A DNA stretch of 64,000 nucleotides, from the IMG/VR virus record IMGVR_UViG_3300010429_001259; one strand, 5' to 3'. Every line of letters begins with the position of its first letter. Position 1 is the first letter of the stretch. Under the pieces are notes generated by a model that was not told the origin of the DNA, ran no database searches, and saw only the letters and a program-made list of their open reading frames with translations. This DNA is from an uncultured virus (IMG/VR IMGVR_UViG_3300010429_001259) (Duplodnaviria > Heunggongvirae > Uroviricota > Caudoviricetes). Shown here in pieces: positions 1 through 9,181 of the stretch. A program made the translations under genes and the position numbers.

Positions 1-2073
1 CGCTAAGGGGAGGTCAGGACACCACCAAGGCGACGTCGTCATGCATTGCATCATGTAGTCAAAGCACTTCTGGGCCTGTGCAGTCTTCGGATGAGCGACG
101 ACTTCATCGTGCGTCGTCATCACGACCGGATACTTCTTATCGATCTCCAGCAGCTGCTCCATCACAATGATCCGGGCCAAGGCCTGGACAATGTTTTCAG
201 TTAGCAAGCCGCCGTAGATCTTCTTTCGCATATCTCCGCTCTGGTATGTCCATTCAGAGTAGCCGTTTTCGTTAATCCGTTCCTGAAGGTCTGGGTACTG
301 AAGGTACAGTCCGTTCGGGAGCCGGATCCGCTCGTGTTCGATCGTGAGACACTTGTACTGGATTGGTTCACAGTCTGGATTCGCCATGATCGAAATCCAG
401 TCCTTGCATGTCGCCCAGCCGTCTGCGATTTTGTAGTTCTCGCGACGGTACAGATTGACCACACGATGGGCTTCATTCATCGAGATGGCGATCTTCGGAC
501 CGCCCAATGCGCCCTTTGCCAGGGTGATTTGGAACTTCGCCGGCCCCATCTGGAACCCAAGGCCGAGTACGCAGACTTTGCCGACGTGGCGATCGTTCTT
601 GTCTTCCTTCGTGATTGTGCGGCCGTAGACTTTCGTGGCGAACTCGCTGTAAATGTCCCGTTTATCACGGAACGCATCTAACAGTTCAGTCTGATCCCAC
701 AACCAGGCGTTCACGCGGGCCTCGATCTGGCCAGAATCAACTACAGCCAGCTGATGTCCTTCCGCGGCCAAGATCGAAAGCCGCAGTTCCCCACCGCGCG
801 TGAGGTTCTGCATGTTCATCTTGTTGTTTCCACCCAGCCGGTGCGTGTGAGCGCGGCTGTAGGCATAACCCACAGGCAGGCGCATCCCATTCGCACCGGC
901 TGTCAGAAATCGCTCCGCGCGCGTGATGTTCGTCGTCGACTTCACGGCCAGACGTACATCGACCAGTTGTTGCAGCCGCGCGCGACGAGCTTCTGCACGT
1001 AGTACATGTCCTGGGTCATTCAGGTCGAGATCGGGAGATAGCTCCCATACTCGGTCTGGTAGATCCGTGAACTGAAGGTCGTCTTTTGAGAACGCCGGAA
1101 TCCACTTGTCTTCTTCGGGCGTGGCTAATTTTTCAGCGGTCGATTTTTTGATGTACGCAGGGCTTGGTTTACGAGGAATATCCTGCGGCCGCACACCAGC
1201 TTCGGTCAGAAGCTCAATGAACTTTTCATTGCTACCGATGACACGCTTGACAATCAGCATGTCGCGTTCTTCGCCGGCCAGGGCTCGTTCTGCTTTCGTC
1301 TTCAGCGTCGTCTTGTCGTCGTACTTGCGCGGATCAATTACGCTGAGCATGAGCTCTTTGCGTTCAGTGACTTCGCGCTCGTACTCGGCTTGCACGCGAG
1401 GAATGTCCACGCGCAACACAGGCGCACAGAACATTCGGGTAACAGCATGCACGAGATCGGCTTCTTTGGCCGGGAACTTCTGGTGCATTTCCCGGAAGAT
1501 TGCGTATGTCAGTTCAATGTCCTGAATACAGTATTCAGCAGTAGCGTTATAAAGTGACCTCGGCCAGTTGAGGACGCCTTTCGTTGACTCCAGGGCGCCT
1601 TCGATCTTGCTGCCCTTGCCGTAGAACTGAGCCACCTCATCGAGTGAAGCGCCGATCTCATTGCTGTGTAGACCTCGCGCCATCGACAAGGTGTCGTAAT
1701 ACTTGGCTGGGACGATCCCGTAATGATGGCTCAAGATGAAGCCATCAAACTGGGTGTGGTGACAAAGTAGACTGTGCGTCTTCCAGTTGATCGCCCTGAG
1801 CGCAGCAGCCATCTGCTTAGGCCCATACACCTTGGTTTTCTTGCTACCAATTTTGATGCCGACCATCTGAGCCTTGAACCGCGGATCGCGGATGTATTCA
1901 GATGTGCTGAGCTTGCTCAGTGTGTACTGAACGTCGTAGTACGTCTCAAAATCGACAACGACGAGTCGATCCCAATCGACATCGGCAGGTTTGATTTCAG
2001 GTACGGGGATCGACGAACTCGATTGAGCGCGGATTGGTTTTTGCTTTTGCTTGATCGCGGAGTTCCAGCCCAT
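1..2073 (-). CDS. DNA polymerase family A with N-terminal 3'-5' exonuclease (C-terminus runs off the window start)
   Basis: Translated by hand; not in the ORF track because there is no stop in the window. MGWNSAIKQ... with ExoI VVDFETYY, ExoII HHTQFDG, ExoIII YCIQD, motif A VVDSGQIEARV, motif B RHVGKVCVLGLGF, motif C MTTHDEVV; ends ...PDLPLA at base 1. Confidence 0.93.
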   Translation of the reverse strand, partial: MGWNSAIKQKQKPIRAQSSSSIPVPEIKPADVDWDRLVVVDFETYYDVQYTLSKLSTSEYIRDPRFKAQMVGIKIGSKKTKVYGPKQMAAALRAINWKTHSLLCHHTQFDGFILSHHYGIVPAKYYDTLSMARGLHSNEIGASLDEVAQFYGKGSKIEGALESTKGVLNWPRSLYNATAEYCIQDIELTYAIFREMHQKFPAKEADLVHAVTRMFCAPVLRVDIPRVQAEYEREVTERKELMLSVIDPRKYDDKTTLKTKAERALAGEERDMLIVKRVIGSNEKFIELLTEAGVRPQDIPRKPSPAYIKKSTAEKLATPEEDKWIPAFSKDDLQFTDLPDRVWELSPDLDLNDPGHVLRAEARRARLQQLVDVRLAVKSTTNITRAERFLTAGANGMRLPVGYAYSRAHTHRLGGNNKMNMQNLTRGGELRLSILAAEGHQLAVVDSGQIEARVNAWLWDQTELLDAFRDKRDIYSEFATKVYGRTITKEDKNDRHVGKVCVLGLGFQMGPAKFQITLAKGALGGPKIAISMNEAHRVVNLYRRENYKIADGWATCKDWISIMANPDCEPIQYKCLTIEHERIRLPNGLYLQYPDLQERINENGYSEWTYQSGDMRKKIYGGLLTENIVQALARIIVMEQLLEIDKKYPVVMTTHDEVVAHPKTAQAQKCFDYMMQCMTTSPWWCPDLPLA

Positions 2074-2242
2074 TCAGAGTTCCTTTGAGTCGTTCAATAC
2101 GATCCGTGTGATACGCGACCATGGCGCGCGCGAAATCCATGCCGGTCTCGGCTTCGAGCAGTTCACGTTGAGCTTCTTCGAGTTCTCGACGAGCGAGAAC
2201 TTCGACGGGCATCGGGCGAAAATGTTTGAGTAGTGCTTTCAT
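1997..2242 (-). CDS. hypothetical phage protein
   Basis: 81-aa ORF; start overlaps the helicase stop (ATGA); coiled-coil-like. Confidence 0.65.
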   Translation of the reverse strand: MKALLKHFRPMPVEVLARRELEEAQRELLEAETGMDFARAMVAYHTDRIERLKGTLNGLELRDQAKAKTNPRSIEFVDPRT

Positions 2243-3645
2243 GAGGTGAAGAGATCCAGCAGAGTGATCATTCGGGCATTCTTGGTCTGAAGGATGTCGT
2301 ATACACGAGTGTCGATCGTCCCCGGAGCCAAGATCGTGATGGTTTCAGTTTTTTGGGTCTGTCCTGCACGATGTTGTCGTTTCGACCCCTGCTCGAAGAG
2401 TTCGAGGTCGTAAGTAGGGGAGGCCCAGATCGTTGTCGTGCCGCGCGTCAGGGTAAGTCCATGTGCCGCGGAACGAGGATGTGCGAACATGACTTGATAC
2501 TTGCCGGCCTGATAGGCTTGGACGTACTCCAGGCGTTCGCGTTCCGGCGTCGAACCATCAAGCAAACAGAACGTCACACCACGTCGCTCGGCCTCGTCAA
2601 TCAGCGCATCACGTTGGTGCTTCCAGAGGAAGAACACCAGACTATGCCGACGCTCCTGCACGAGATCCAGCACCATCTTGTAACGACCATCGTCGATCAG
2701 GTGATAGACATCCGGTGACTCATAAATCGCGCCAGATGCCACCTGAAGCAGCTTGTTCGCGACTACTGCTGCGTTGACTGCCGTGATCAATGTCGTGTCG
2801 GTTTGTGGTTGACCGAGTAATTTGGCAGCGAAGTTTTTTGGCGTCGCTTTCTTGATCATCAGCAGTTGCGTCTGCTCAAGCTGCATGTACGCAGCCTGCT
2901 GCTTCGGCGACAACTCGTACTCGAGCGTGTACCGGTAATTTTCCGGAATGTCGATACAGTCTTCGAAGCGATGACGAATGACGATATCGCTGATCAGGCC
3001 GAATACTGCTTCTTCGGCTCCGTCTTTGTCAGTCCACTGGATCGCGTTAGCGTTGCGTCCGACCTGTTTGGGCTCGCACACACTGTTCCGGAATGCGTAA
3101 TACGATGAGCCGAGGCGTTTGCCATCATCGAGCAGGTACACCTGATGCCAAACATCCGTGATGCTGCGGCCGTTCGGCGTGCCCGTCATGGCGCGGCGGT
3201 ATTTGAAGTGCTTCGCGATTTTTGCCACCGCACGGCTACGCTGGCTCGAGGCATGTTTGTAAGCCGACGATTCATCGATGATGAGTGTGTCGAATTTGGC
3301 GAAGAAACCCTTTGGCTGCTTGGCCAACCATTTCGAAGCATCAATATTCGTAATGTAGATGTCTGCGTCCTGAGCAAACATCTCACCCCGGTCTGTGGCC
3401 GTCGCCACCGATGCCTTCAGGCCAGGTGCAAAACGTTTAATGTCCGCCGCCCAGGTCGTACGCAGCAGACTTTTCGGGGCCAGCACAAGGGCACAACCGC
3501 CGTTGCGTTTGCGCCGGCGTTCGAATGCCCAGATCGCTACAGGTGTCTTGCCCGTACCCGGGTCACTGCAGTCAAAGACGATAGAAGTCTTTGTGTCATG
3601 CGCGAGCGAGCGTTTCTGGTGGGCAAATGGTTTTAGCTTTGTCAT
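2239..3645 (-). CDS. SNF2-family (SF2) helicase
   Basis: Q motif PFAHQ, Walker A DPGTGKT, DESS box, TGTP, motif V HGLTLT, motif VI RQHRAGQ; start MTKLKP chosen. Confidence 0.92.
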   Translation of the reverse strand: MTKLKPFAHQKRSLAHDTKTSIVFDCSDPGTGKTPVAIWAFERRRKRNGGCALVLAPKSLLRTTWAADIKRFAPGLKASVATATDRGEMFAQDADIYITNIDASKWLAKQPKGFFAKFDTLIIDESSAYKHASSQRSRAVAKIAKHFKYRRAMTGTPNGRSITDVWHQVYLLDDGKRLGSSYYAFRNSVCEPKQVGRNANAIQWTDKDGAEEAVFGLISDIVIRHRFEDCIDIPENYRYTLEYELSPKQQAAYMQLEQTQLLMIKKATPKNFAAKLLGQPQTDTTLITAVNAAVVANKLLQVASGAIYESPDVYHLIDDGRYKMVLDLVQERRHSLVFFLWKHQRDALIDEAERRGVTFCLLDGSTPERERLEYVQAYQAGKYQVMFAHPRSAAHGLTLTRGTTTIWASPTYDLELFEQGSKRQHRAGQTQKTETITILAPGTIDTRVYDILQTKNARMITLLDLFTS

Positions 3646-3847
3646 GACTTTTTTGAATGGAATGCATAGCACGCAGGGCAGCTAAACGATTTTCTGCGAA
3701 GAGCGTTAATATGGACTCAGTACGATAGCTGAGCGGAGCGAGATATCTTGACCCTGTCAGCTTTGCTATCAGAAGCGCCTGAGTCAGCTCTGCGCCATAC
3801 ATTCGTTCGAGTTGTCGGTGCTCTCGACGAATAACCTTTGCGCTCAT
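3596..3847 (-). CDS. hypothetical protein
   Basis: ORF fills the gap in the minus-strand operon; ATGA overlap with the upstream gene. Confidence 0.5.
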   Translation of the reverse strand: MSAKVIRREHRQLERMYGAELTQALLIAKLTGSRYLAPLSYRTESILTLFAENRLAALRAMHSIQKSHDKAKTICPPETLARA

Positions 3848-4260
3848 GGCCACACCCGATGAACTTCAGCAATATGCTCAAGCCCATCGTATTCTTCAAT
3901 TTGCCACTTGACGTCGTCAGGAATCTCTACGACCGTAAGTTTGGCAAAGCAGCCGTTGGCTTTATCGCCCAGTTCTTCTACAGCCTGAACCAATGCAGGG
4001 TCATTACGGGGGATGCTCTCGGCATGCAGCGTCTGCTTGGAAAATTTGCAGTTGTATTCGATGCGTTCCGCTTGCGACAAAGTGTAAAACTCTTCATTAC
4101 TGAGTTTGGCTATGCGATTTTCCGGTGGAACTGTCCAATAGATTGCGTTCCAGCCGATCCCCTCCGGATACAACGTCAAGCCTTTGAGTTCGCCATAACG
4201 CATCGTTCCCACATAGGACAAGCCAAATCCACCATGGCGTTCGTTGATAACTACTTTCAT
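3844..4260 (-). CDS. conserved phage hypothetical protein
   Basis: GGAG RBS; MKVVINxxxGGFGLS ... RNDPALVQAVEELG ... EIPDDVKWQIEEYDGLEHIAE resembles a widespread phage family. Confidence 0.8.
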   Translation of the reverse strand: MKVVINERHGGFGLSYVGTMRYGELKGLTLYPEGIGWNAIYWTVPPENRIAKLSNEEFYTLSQAERIEYNCKFSKQTLHAESIPRNDPALVQAVEELGDKANGCFAKLTVVEIPDDVKWQIEEYDGLEHIAEVHRVWP

Positions 4261-4428
4261 TGTTTCTCCAGTAATTAAATGAAGGTCCCGGCATGTGCGT
4301 TCCTTGGCCGGGGCAAGGTAGGGAGGTCCCTTCATCCGTCTGCTTCGCAGGCGGCACAGATGAAGGCCTGGCAATCCCTCTCGACGCACCGATCGGGTTG
4401 ACAGGGTAGAGCGAACGCCGCCTTAGAG

Positions 4429-5133
4429 TTACTTCACGCCGACTTGGCAGTGGCCACTGTTCCAGGGGCCGTATTGGCACCACTGACAACTGAATTTGTT
4501 CGGGTTGGGTGGCCAGTTTGTGCAGTTCGTGAGCTTCAGACCACGACGATCGAAGTTTGACTTGAACTTGAGCCCTTGATCGCGTGTGTAACGTTGCGAG
4601 GTTGTTTCGCCGATGTCCAGATACCAGAGTTCGGCGTAGACAGTTTCCAGCTTTGGGTAGCGAAGAAATGTCACCAGCTGATAGAGCGCGAGCTGTTCAC
4701 CATGCTTGATCTCATTGCCGAACTTCTTGCCGGTCTTGAAGTCGATTACGGTAGCCGTGCGGTCATCATGCATGACCATCGCATCGAGTTTCAAACGCAG
4801 CCAGGCAGTCTCCCAATCGGTCGGCTCCCAAAGTGCATTCATGCCCCATTCGCCTTCCAGGCTTACCAGGCCATCTTCGTACATCGTGCGAAGAAGATCG
4901 ATTTCAGGACCGAAATGTTTCTCGGCTTCATGTGCGAGACTGTCATCTTGGCCGCTGATGTAAAGCTCGCATGATTCATGTACGCGAGTACCGCGATCAT
5001 TGGCGTGCTCGGTTTTGCCAGGAGGAAGAGGACGCTCAGGCTCCGGGATCTTTTGATCGTGCTTGAGATAGCAGAGGAACTTGCACTTCTCGAAGTCTTG
5101 CAGTTTCGAGTAGCTCCAGGAGTTGACTGCCAT
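4429..5133 (-). CDS. PD-(D/E)XK nuclease, Cas4/RecB-like exonuclease
   Basis: SYSKL..C, GTRVH, KLDA..VIDFKTG, QLALY, C-terminal CQWC..C (split four-Cys Fe-S pattern). Confidence 0.87.
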   Translation of the reverse strand: MAVNSWSYSKLQDFEKCKFLCYLKHDQKIPEPERPLPPGKTEHANDRGTRVHESCELYISGQDDSLAHEAEKHFGPEIDLLRTMYEDGLVSLEGEWGMNALWEPTDWETAWLRLKLDAMVMHDDRTATVIDFKTGKKFGNEIKHGEQLALYQLVTFLRYPKLETVYAELWYLDIGETTSQRYTRDQGLKFKSNFDRRGLKLTNCTNWPPNPNKFSCQWCQYGPWNSGHCQVGVK

Positions 5134-5164
5134 GCTGAATCCTTGGTCGTTAGAAGAAGAATGA

Positions 5165-5569
5165 TTATGCCGCAGAGCTGCGAATATCAATCAGCTTGTG
5201 GTCGTCGTACTCACTGACGATTTGAGATGATGTCCAGGCCAACTCACTTCCATAGTTGAAATAGTGCCGTTCGACATCTTCGAAATCTTCACCGACTCGA
5301 ATGAACGCGCCAGAAAAGACATCATCGCGCCCTTCGAAATAGCTCCAGATTCGCTTATACGCCTGTACATCTTCGTAATCGTCGTACCACTTCCAGCTGG
5401 TACCACCATAGCCAAGAATTGCGACGGCCGATCCAGGACCATCATCGGCAATGATGAACTCGTCAAGCCATTCTTTCTGAACGCCCTCCAACGCGAACGA
5501 AGCGAATGCGGCGAGCAACTCGTCTTTCGGCCCACTGATGATCATTCGCACGTCTGACCTGTAGCCCAT
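5165..5569 (-). CDS. hypothetical phage protein
   Basis: MGYRSDV...WKWY...FIRVGEDFED pattern; AGGA RBS. Confidence 0.75.
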   Translation of the reverse strand: MGYRSDVRMIISGPKDELLAAFASFALEGVQKEWLDEFIIADDGPGSAVAILGYGGTSWKWYDDYEDVQAYKRIWSYFEGRDDVFSGAFIRVGEDFEDVERHYFNYGSELAWTSSQIVSEYDDHKLIDIRSSAA

Positions 5570-5570
5570 A

Positions 5571-6662
5571 TCAGTCCTCGATTCGGATTGTTTCGCCGAA
5601 CGGTGCAATGACATCAGTTGTCATGCACCACAGCACTGGATAGTTCGGTGGCGTCTTCGGAAAGTTGCCATAACCGTCGGTGAGATAGATGAAACACGCC
5701 GGTGTGATGTTTTTCTCTTCGACGTATTCAAACGGAGGGCAGAAATCAGTGCCACCGCCGCCGTGCATCTTGAACTTCAGTACGTCACCTGTTGTGAATT
5801 CATCGACATGATTTACTTCTGCGTCGCAGTAAACGTTGTAGAGCTTTTCAGGTCGGGTTGCGTCCCAGGCTGCAACGATTTCTGTGCCGAACACATCAAG
5901 TGTTTTTTGGCCGATTGAACCAGATGTGTCGATGGCTACAACCAGTGGTCCCATCTTTTCTGAATACATGCCAGGCAGGTACAAACCTGCAGACAGATAC
6001 CGACGGTTCGGACGCATCCAGCTGTAATCGTCACGGCTGAGTTGGTTCACAAACCGGCGCAGTTGTTCGCGCCAGTTAACCTGGGGTTTTGTGATTTGCT
6101 CAATGAATCGCTCGAGTGTTTGTGGCAATTTGCCGGCCTTCTTGGCTTCGTTTGCCGCCTGGATAGTTGCAAGGACCCACTCGGTCTCCATGACGGCCGA
6201 TTCTGCTGTATCACCGGGGAGAATTTCATCAAGTGCTTCCTCACCTCCTTCGCCACTGCTTCCATCCGGCAACAGGTTGTAGATTTCGTCAGCTGACATG
6301 CCCTTGAACTTGTCGTCGATGAGCCAGTCGTCGCCAAGTGTGAATTTCGAGTCGACCAGAATCTGGTTGAGTGCGTAGTCGCCGGCGACGTTCCATTTCT
6401 TTGGATCGCGTGAGCCGCGGCGACCGATGTGTGCCAGGACGCAATGCATGACTTCATGCGCAACAGCGGATTGTGTGATCTTGTCAGATAACGAGAGCAC
6501 AAAATCCGGGTTGTAGAAGATGTGTTTTCCATCGACGGCCAGCGTCGGGATATCCACGCGTTCGACAAACTGCAGGCGAAGCGCGAGCAGGCCGAAAAAC
6601 CCATGCTCGAGAATCAGCTTTGTACGTGCAAAACTCAACTTTTGCGCAGCTTTTTCGTTCAC
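5571..6662 (-). CDS. metallopeptidase + vWA-like protein (DUF2201 type)
   Basis: HEVMH zincin motif, WNVAGDYALN, MIDAS DTSGS, GGGTDF, YLTDGYG; GTG start after GGAGG. Confidence 0.88.
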   Translation of the reverse strand: MNEKAAQKLSFARTKLILEHGFFGLLALRLQFVERVDIPTLAVDGKHIFYNPDFVLSLSDKITQSAVAHEVMHCVLAHIGRRGSRDPKKWNVAGDYALNQILVDSKFTLGDDWLIDDKFKGMSADEIYNLLPDGSSGEGGEEALDEILPGDTAESAVMETEWVLATIQAANEAKKAGKLPQTLERFIEQITKPQVNWREQLRRFVNQLSRDDYSWMRPNRRYLSAGLYLPGMYSEKMGPLVVAIDTSGSIGQKTLDVFGTEIVAAWDATRPEKLYNVYCDAEVNHVDEFTTGDVLKFKMHGGGGTDFCPPFEYVEEKNITPACFIYLTDGYGNFPKTPPNYPVLWCMTTDVIAPFGETIRIED

Positions 6663-6859
6663 GTTACCTCCTTGACGAGTTGTTTGGTTAGATAAGCAGC
6701 GAAGTCGTGTGGGCGGATAAACATGTATGGCCCGCAAAACGGGCAAGAATCTTCACGGAAGAATGCGCAGTCCATGCTGCCTTTGAAACATGTAAGCGAT
6801 TTAATCGGAACGACTCTTTTCCCTTGTACTCCGATTTCTACTCCGACTTCATAGGTCAT
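6659..6859 (-). CDS. small Cys-rich hypothetical protein
   Basis: 66-aa coupled ORF with a CAF..C..C pattern. Confidence 0.6.
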   Translation of the reverse strand: MTYEVGVEIGVQGKRVVPIKSLTCFKGSMDCAFFREDSCPFCGPYMFIRPHDFAAYLTKQLVKEVT

Positions 6860-7140
6860 GATGTTTGCCTAGTGAGTTGACGAGCAAGAAATTTCGGATA
6901 AGTTTCTTCCGTTACCCAAAATATCCTGTTGTCGCATCCGTCCACACAGTTCACTTCAGCGCCGCTAAACGGACACACAATGCCGTGAGGATGACAGGTC
7001 TCGAAAAAATCTGACCTGATACGCCGAACTCGCCGACCAAACACTTCAACGAATTGCTTGTCAGCCAGCTCGAGCGTCTCCTGTGGAATGTCTTTCATGA
7101 AGTACATTGTGGATTCGTCAGTTGGTTCTTGAGATGACAT
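6856..7140 (-). CDS. small Cys-rich hypothetical protein
   Basis: 94-aa coupled ORF with a CPF..C..C pattern. Confidence 0.6.
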   Translation of the reverse strand: MSSQEPTDESTMYFMKDIPQETLELADKQFVEVFGRRVRRIRSDFFETCHPHGIVCPFSGAEVNCVDGCDNRIFWVTEETYPKFLARQLTRQTS

Positions 7141-7382
7141 GTGAAATCTGGTTCAGTGAGCCAGACTTCAGCTGTCGGGCAATCAATCCAGTCGTTAGTA
7201 CATGCATCGCCATCAAAAAATACACAGATGATGAGCGTGCCTGAATCTATATCTCCGACACTGCATCGGTGGCTGTTTGTCGGTACAAGGCGTACTTTTA
7301 TTCCACCTAGACGAATCGGTCCTTCGCGTGCTGCTTCGCGTTGTTTGGGTGTGATAGAACTCACTCTGAAGTCAGAATGCAT
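7095..7382 (-). CDS. small Cys-rich hypothetical protein
   Basis: 95-aa ORF with a CVF..C..C pattern; true start may be the GTG at 7364. Confidence 0.55.
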   Translation of the reverse strand: MHSDFRVSSITPKQREAAREGPIRLGGIKVRLVPTNSHRCSVGDIDSGTLIICVFFDGDACTNDWIDCPTAEVWLTEPDFTCHLKNQLTNPQCTS

Positions 7383-8161
7383 CGGATTGTCTCCGCTGTG
7401 TTTTGTGCGTGTGCATACACACCCCAGCGAATGTGTGTAGCCATTGCCCGCAGATGCAGCGCTGCGCTTGCGATTTTCTGATCATTCATGACGTTCAGTC
7501 CGTCGAGATGAATAGAAAGAGTCTCAAGTTTCTCGGCAGATACGCCTGAAGAAGATGCAGATACCGAACTATTCAGAAGCTTCAGGATTCGCGCCTGACA
7601 ATCTTCGAAGATCTTCTTTTGCCGGTCAGCAATCGATGCGACGATCTGTTGGCGCACTTCATCCTGTTCATCTGCACCGATCGACGTGCGGAAATCTTCG
7701 GCAGCAGGCACCGGAAAAAATTCCGTGCTGATGCCATAACATGAACGAAGATCTGAAATTGATGGATAGTCGTTCGGGTCGTACAGATGACCCAGCCGAA
7801 CGGCCTCGTGCTGTCGGTTTGAACCGTACCAGCTGAGAAACTCCTCGACAGCTTCTTCGAACTGTTGTTTCAGTCCGCTGATTTTGTCGCGATAGTTCAT
7901 GAAGAACGCTGCAGGCAGCAGACGCTGCCCACCATCAGACCAGGGTAAGGTCATGTGGTAGTGCTGGTTCCGAATACGCGACGCGTAAAGCGCGATAGAA
8001 GCCAGTGTTTCTTTGCGCACCAGCTGTTTGTTGTATCGGCCGGCGTCACTGGACGCATTGGCCAGATTGTTGACGCTGGCCGTAGCAGCACGATCGAATT
8101 TGCGGCCAGTCCATTGATGGATCGTGAGATTCACCAGCATGGCCTTTTCCTGGAGGCTCAT
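7361..8161 (-). CDS. hypothetical protein (DUF3150-like; commonly next to phage AAA/vWA pairs)
   Basis: AMLVNLTI..WTGRKFD..TLPWSDGG.RLLP..DYPS; coupled to the AAA gene. Confidence 0.7.
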   Translation of the reverse strand: MSLQEKAMLVNLTIHQWTGRKFDRAATASVNNLANASSDAGRYNKQLVRKETLASIALYASRIRNQHYHMTLPWSDGGQRLLPAAFFMNYRDKISGLKQQFEEAVEEFLSWYGSNRQHEAVRLGHLYDPNDYPSISDLRSCYGISTEFFPVPAAEDFRTSIGADEQDEVRQQIVASIADRQKKIFEDCQARILKLLNSSVSASSSGVSAEKLETLSIHLDGLNVMNDQKIASAALHLRAMATHIRWGVYAHAQNTAETIRCILTSE

Positions 8162-9153
8162 AACAACACATCCTTGTTCTTGATCAGCCAGGCAATGCCG
8201 ACTTTCGTTTCGGCCAGTTTGTTGTTCAGCTGGATCGCACTGCGCATGAACAAAATCTGAAATTCACGCGGCAAGCGCTCGAGGTACACCAACAGTTTCT
8301 CGAGGTTCGTCGGCGTGGCCTTTTTGTCCAGCATCGTGCACAGTGCGTACTGCGCGGCGGGTGATCCAGGAATCGGAGCACTGGCAGGATCAGCCAGGAT
8401 CTGTTCGGTCGTCGGCAAATCCCGCGCGACGCGTACGAAACTCAGGTATTCGGCCGCAGCACCTTCGCCAACTGTGCCTTTGATGAGCTCAAGTTCGACA
8501 TCAGCGCCCAACGAATGAGTCACAACGATGTCGTCCAGGAACACCCAGGAACGTGGCGTCGGAAATGCGCGTTCGTCAGACGATGGGTCAAAGCTGTGCA
8601 GCAGGCCCGGACGGAACTTGATGAACGCGCGTGTGACGTCCGATACGCCGTTTTTGGTCGCCCAAAGGAACCATTCGTCGGTGTCCACTTCGACGTCGAT
8701 GTGAACGAACCGGTTACGCAAGGCTGTGGACATTGCATGTACCACTGCCCGGTCACCAGCGCGGTTTCCGGCGCCGATTACGGCCCATCCAGGGGGTAGT
8801 TCGTAGTCACCCAGTCGGCGGTCCAGGATGAGCTGATACGCGGCTGCCTGGACGGCCTGGGGGGCGTTGTTAAGCTCGTCCAGGAACAGGATGCCAGAAC
8901 CTTTCGTGGGCAGGAAGTTCGGTGGCACCCAGGCCATGCTCTTGGCCTTTCCGGTGTCGGAGATTGTGGGGAATCCACGCAGATCGACCGGGTCCAGCAT
9001 GGACAGGCGCACATCGCGCAGTTCGATTTTCATCTCGGCAGCGACACTGCGCACGATGTCAGATTTGCCGATGCCGGGCGGGCCCCAGAGAAACACGGGG
9101 CGCTTGCGCTGGGCAAGATGGGTCAGGGATTCTTTGACTTTGGAAGGCTTCAT
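8158..9153 (-). CDS. MoxR-like AAA+ ATPase
   Basis: Walker A GPPGIGKS, DLRGFP, Walker B ILFLDELN, AGN sensor, ALRNRF, TPRSW. Confidence 0.92.
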   Translation of the reverse strand: MKPSKVKESLTHLAQRKRPVFLWGPPGIGKSDIVRSVAAEMKIELRDVRLSMLDPVDLRGFPTISDTGKAKSMAWVPPNFLPTKGSGILFLDELNNAPQAVQAAAYQLILDRRLGDYELPPGWAVIGAGNRAGDRAVVHAMSTALRNRFVHIDVEVDTDEWFLWATKNGVSDVTRAFIKFRPGLLHSFDPSSDERAFPTPRSWVFLDDIVVTHSLGADVELELIKGTVGEGAAAEYLSFVRVARDLPTTEQILADPASAPIPGSPAAQYALCTMLDKKATPTNLEKLLVYLERLPREFQILFMRSAIQLNNKLAETKVGIAWLIKNKDVLL

Positions 9154-9181
9154 GTTGTCCACCTATGAGATTGAGTTATTT

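Noticed and set aside
4429..5133. Cas4-like nuclease as evidence of a CRISPR system
   Set aside because: No repeat-spacer array or other cas genes; solo Cas4-like exonucleases are common in phage replication modules
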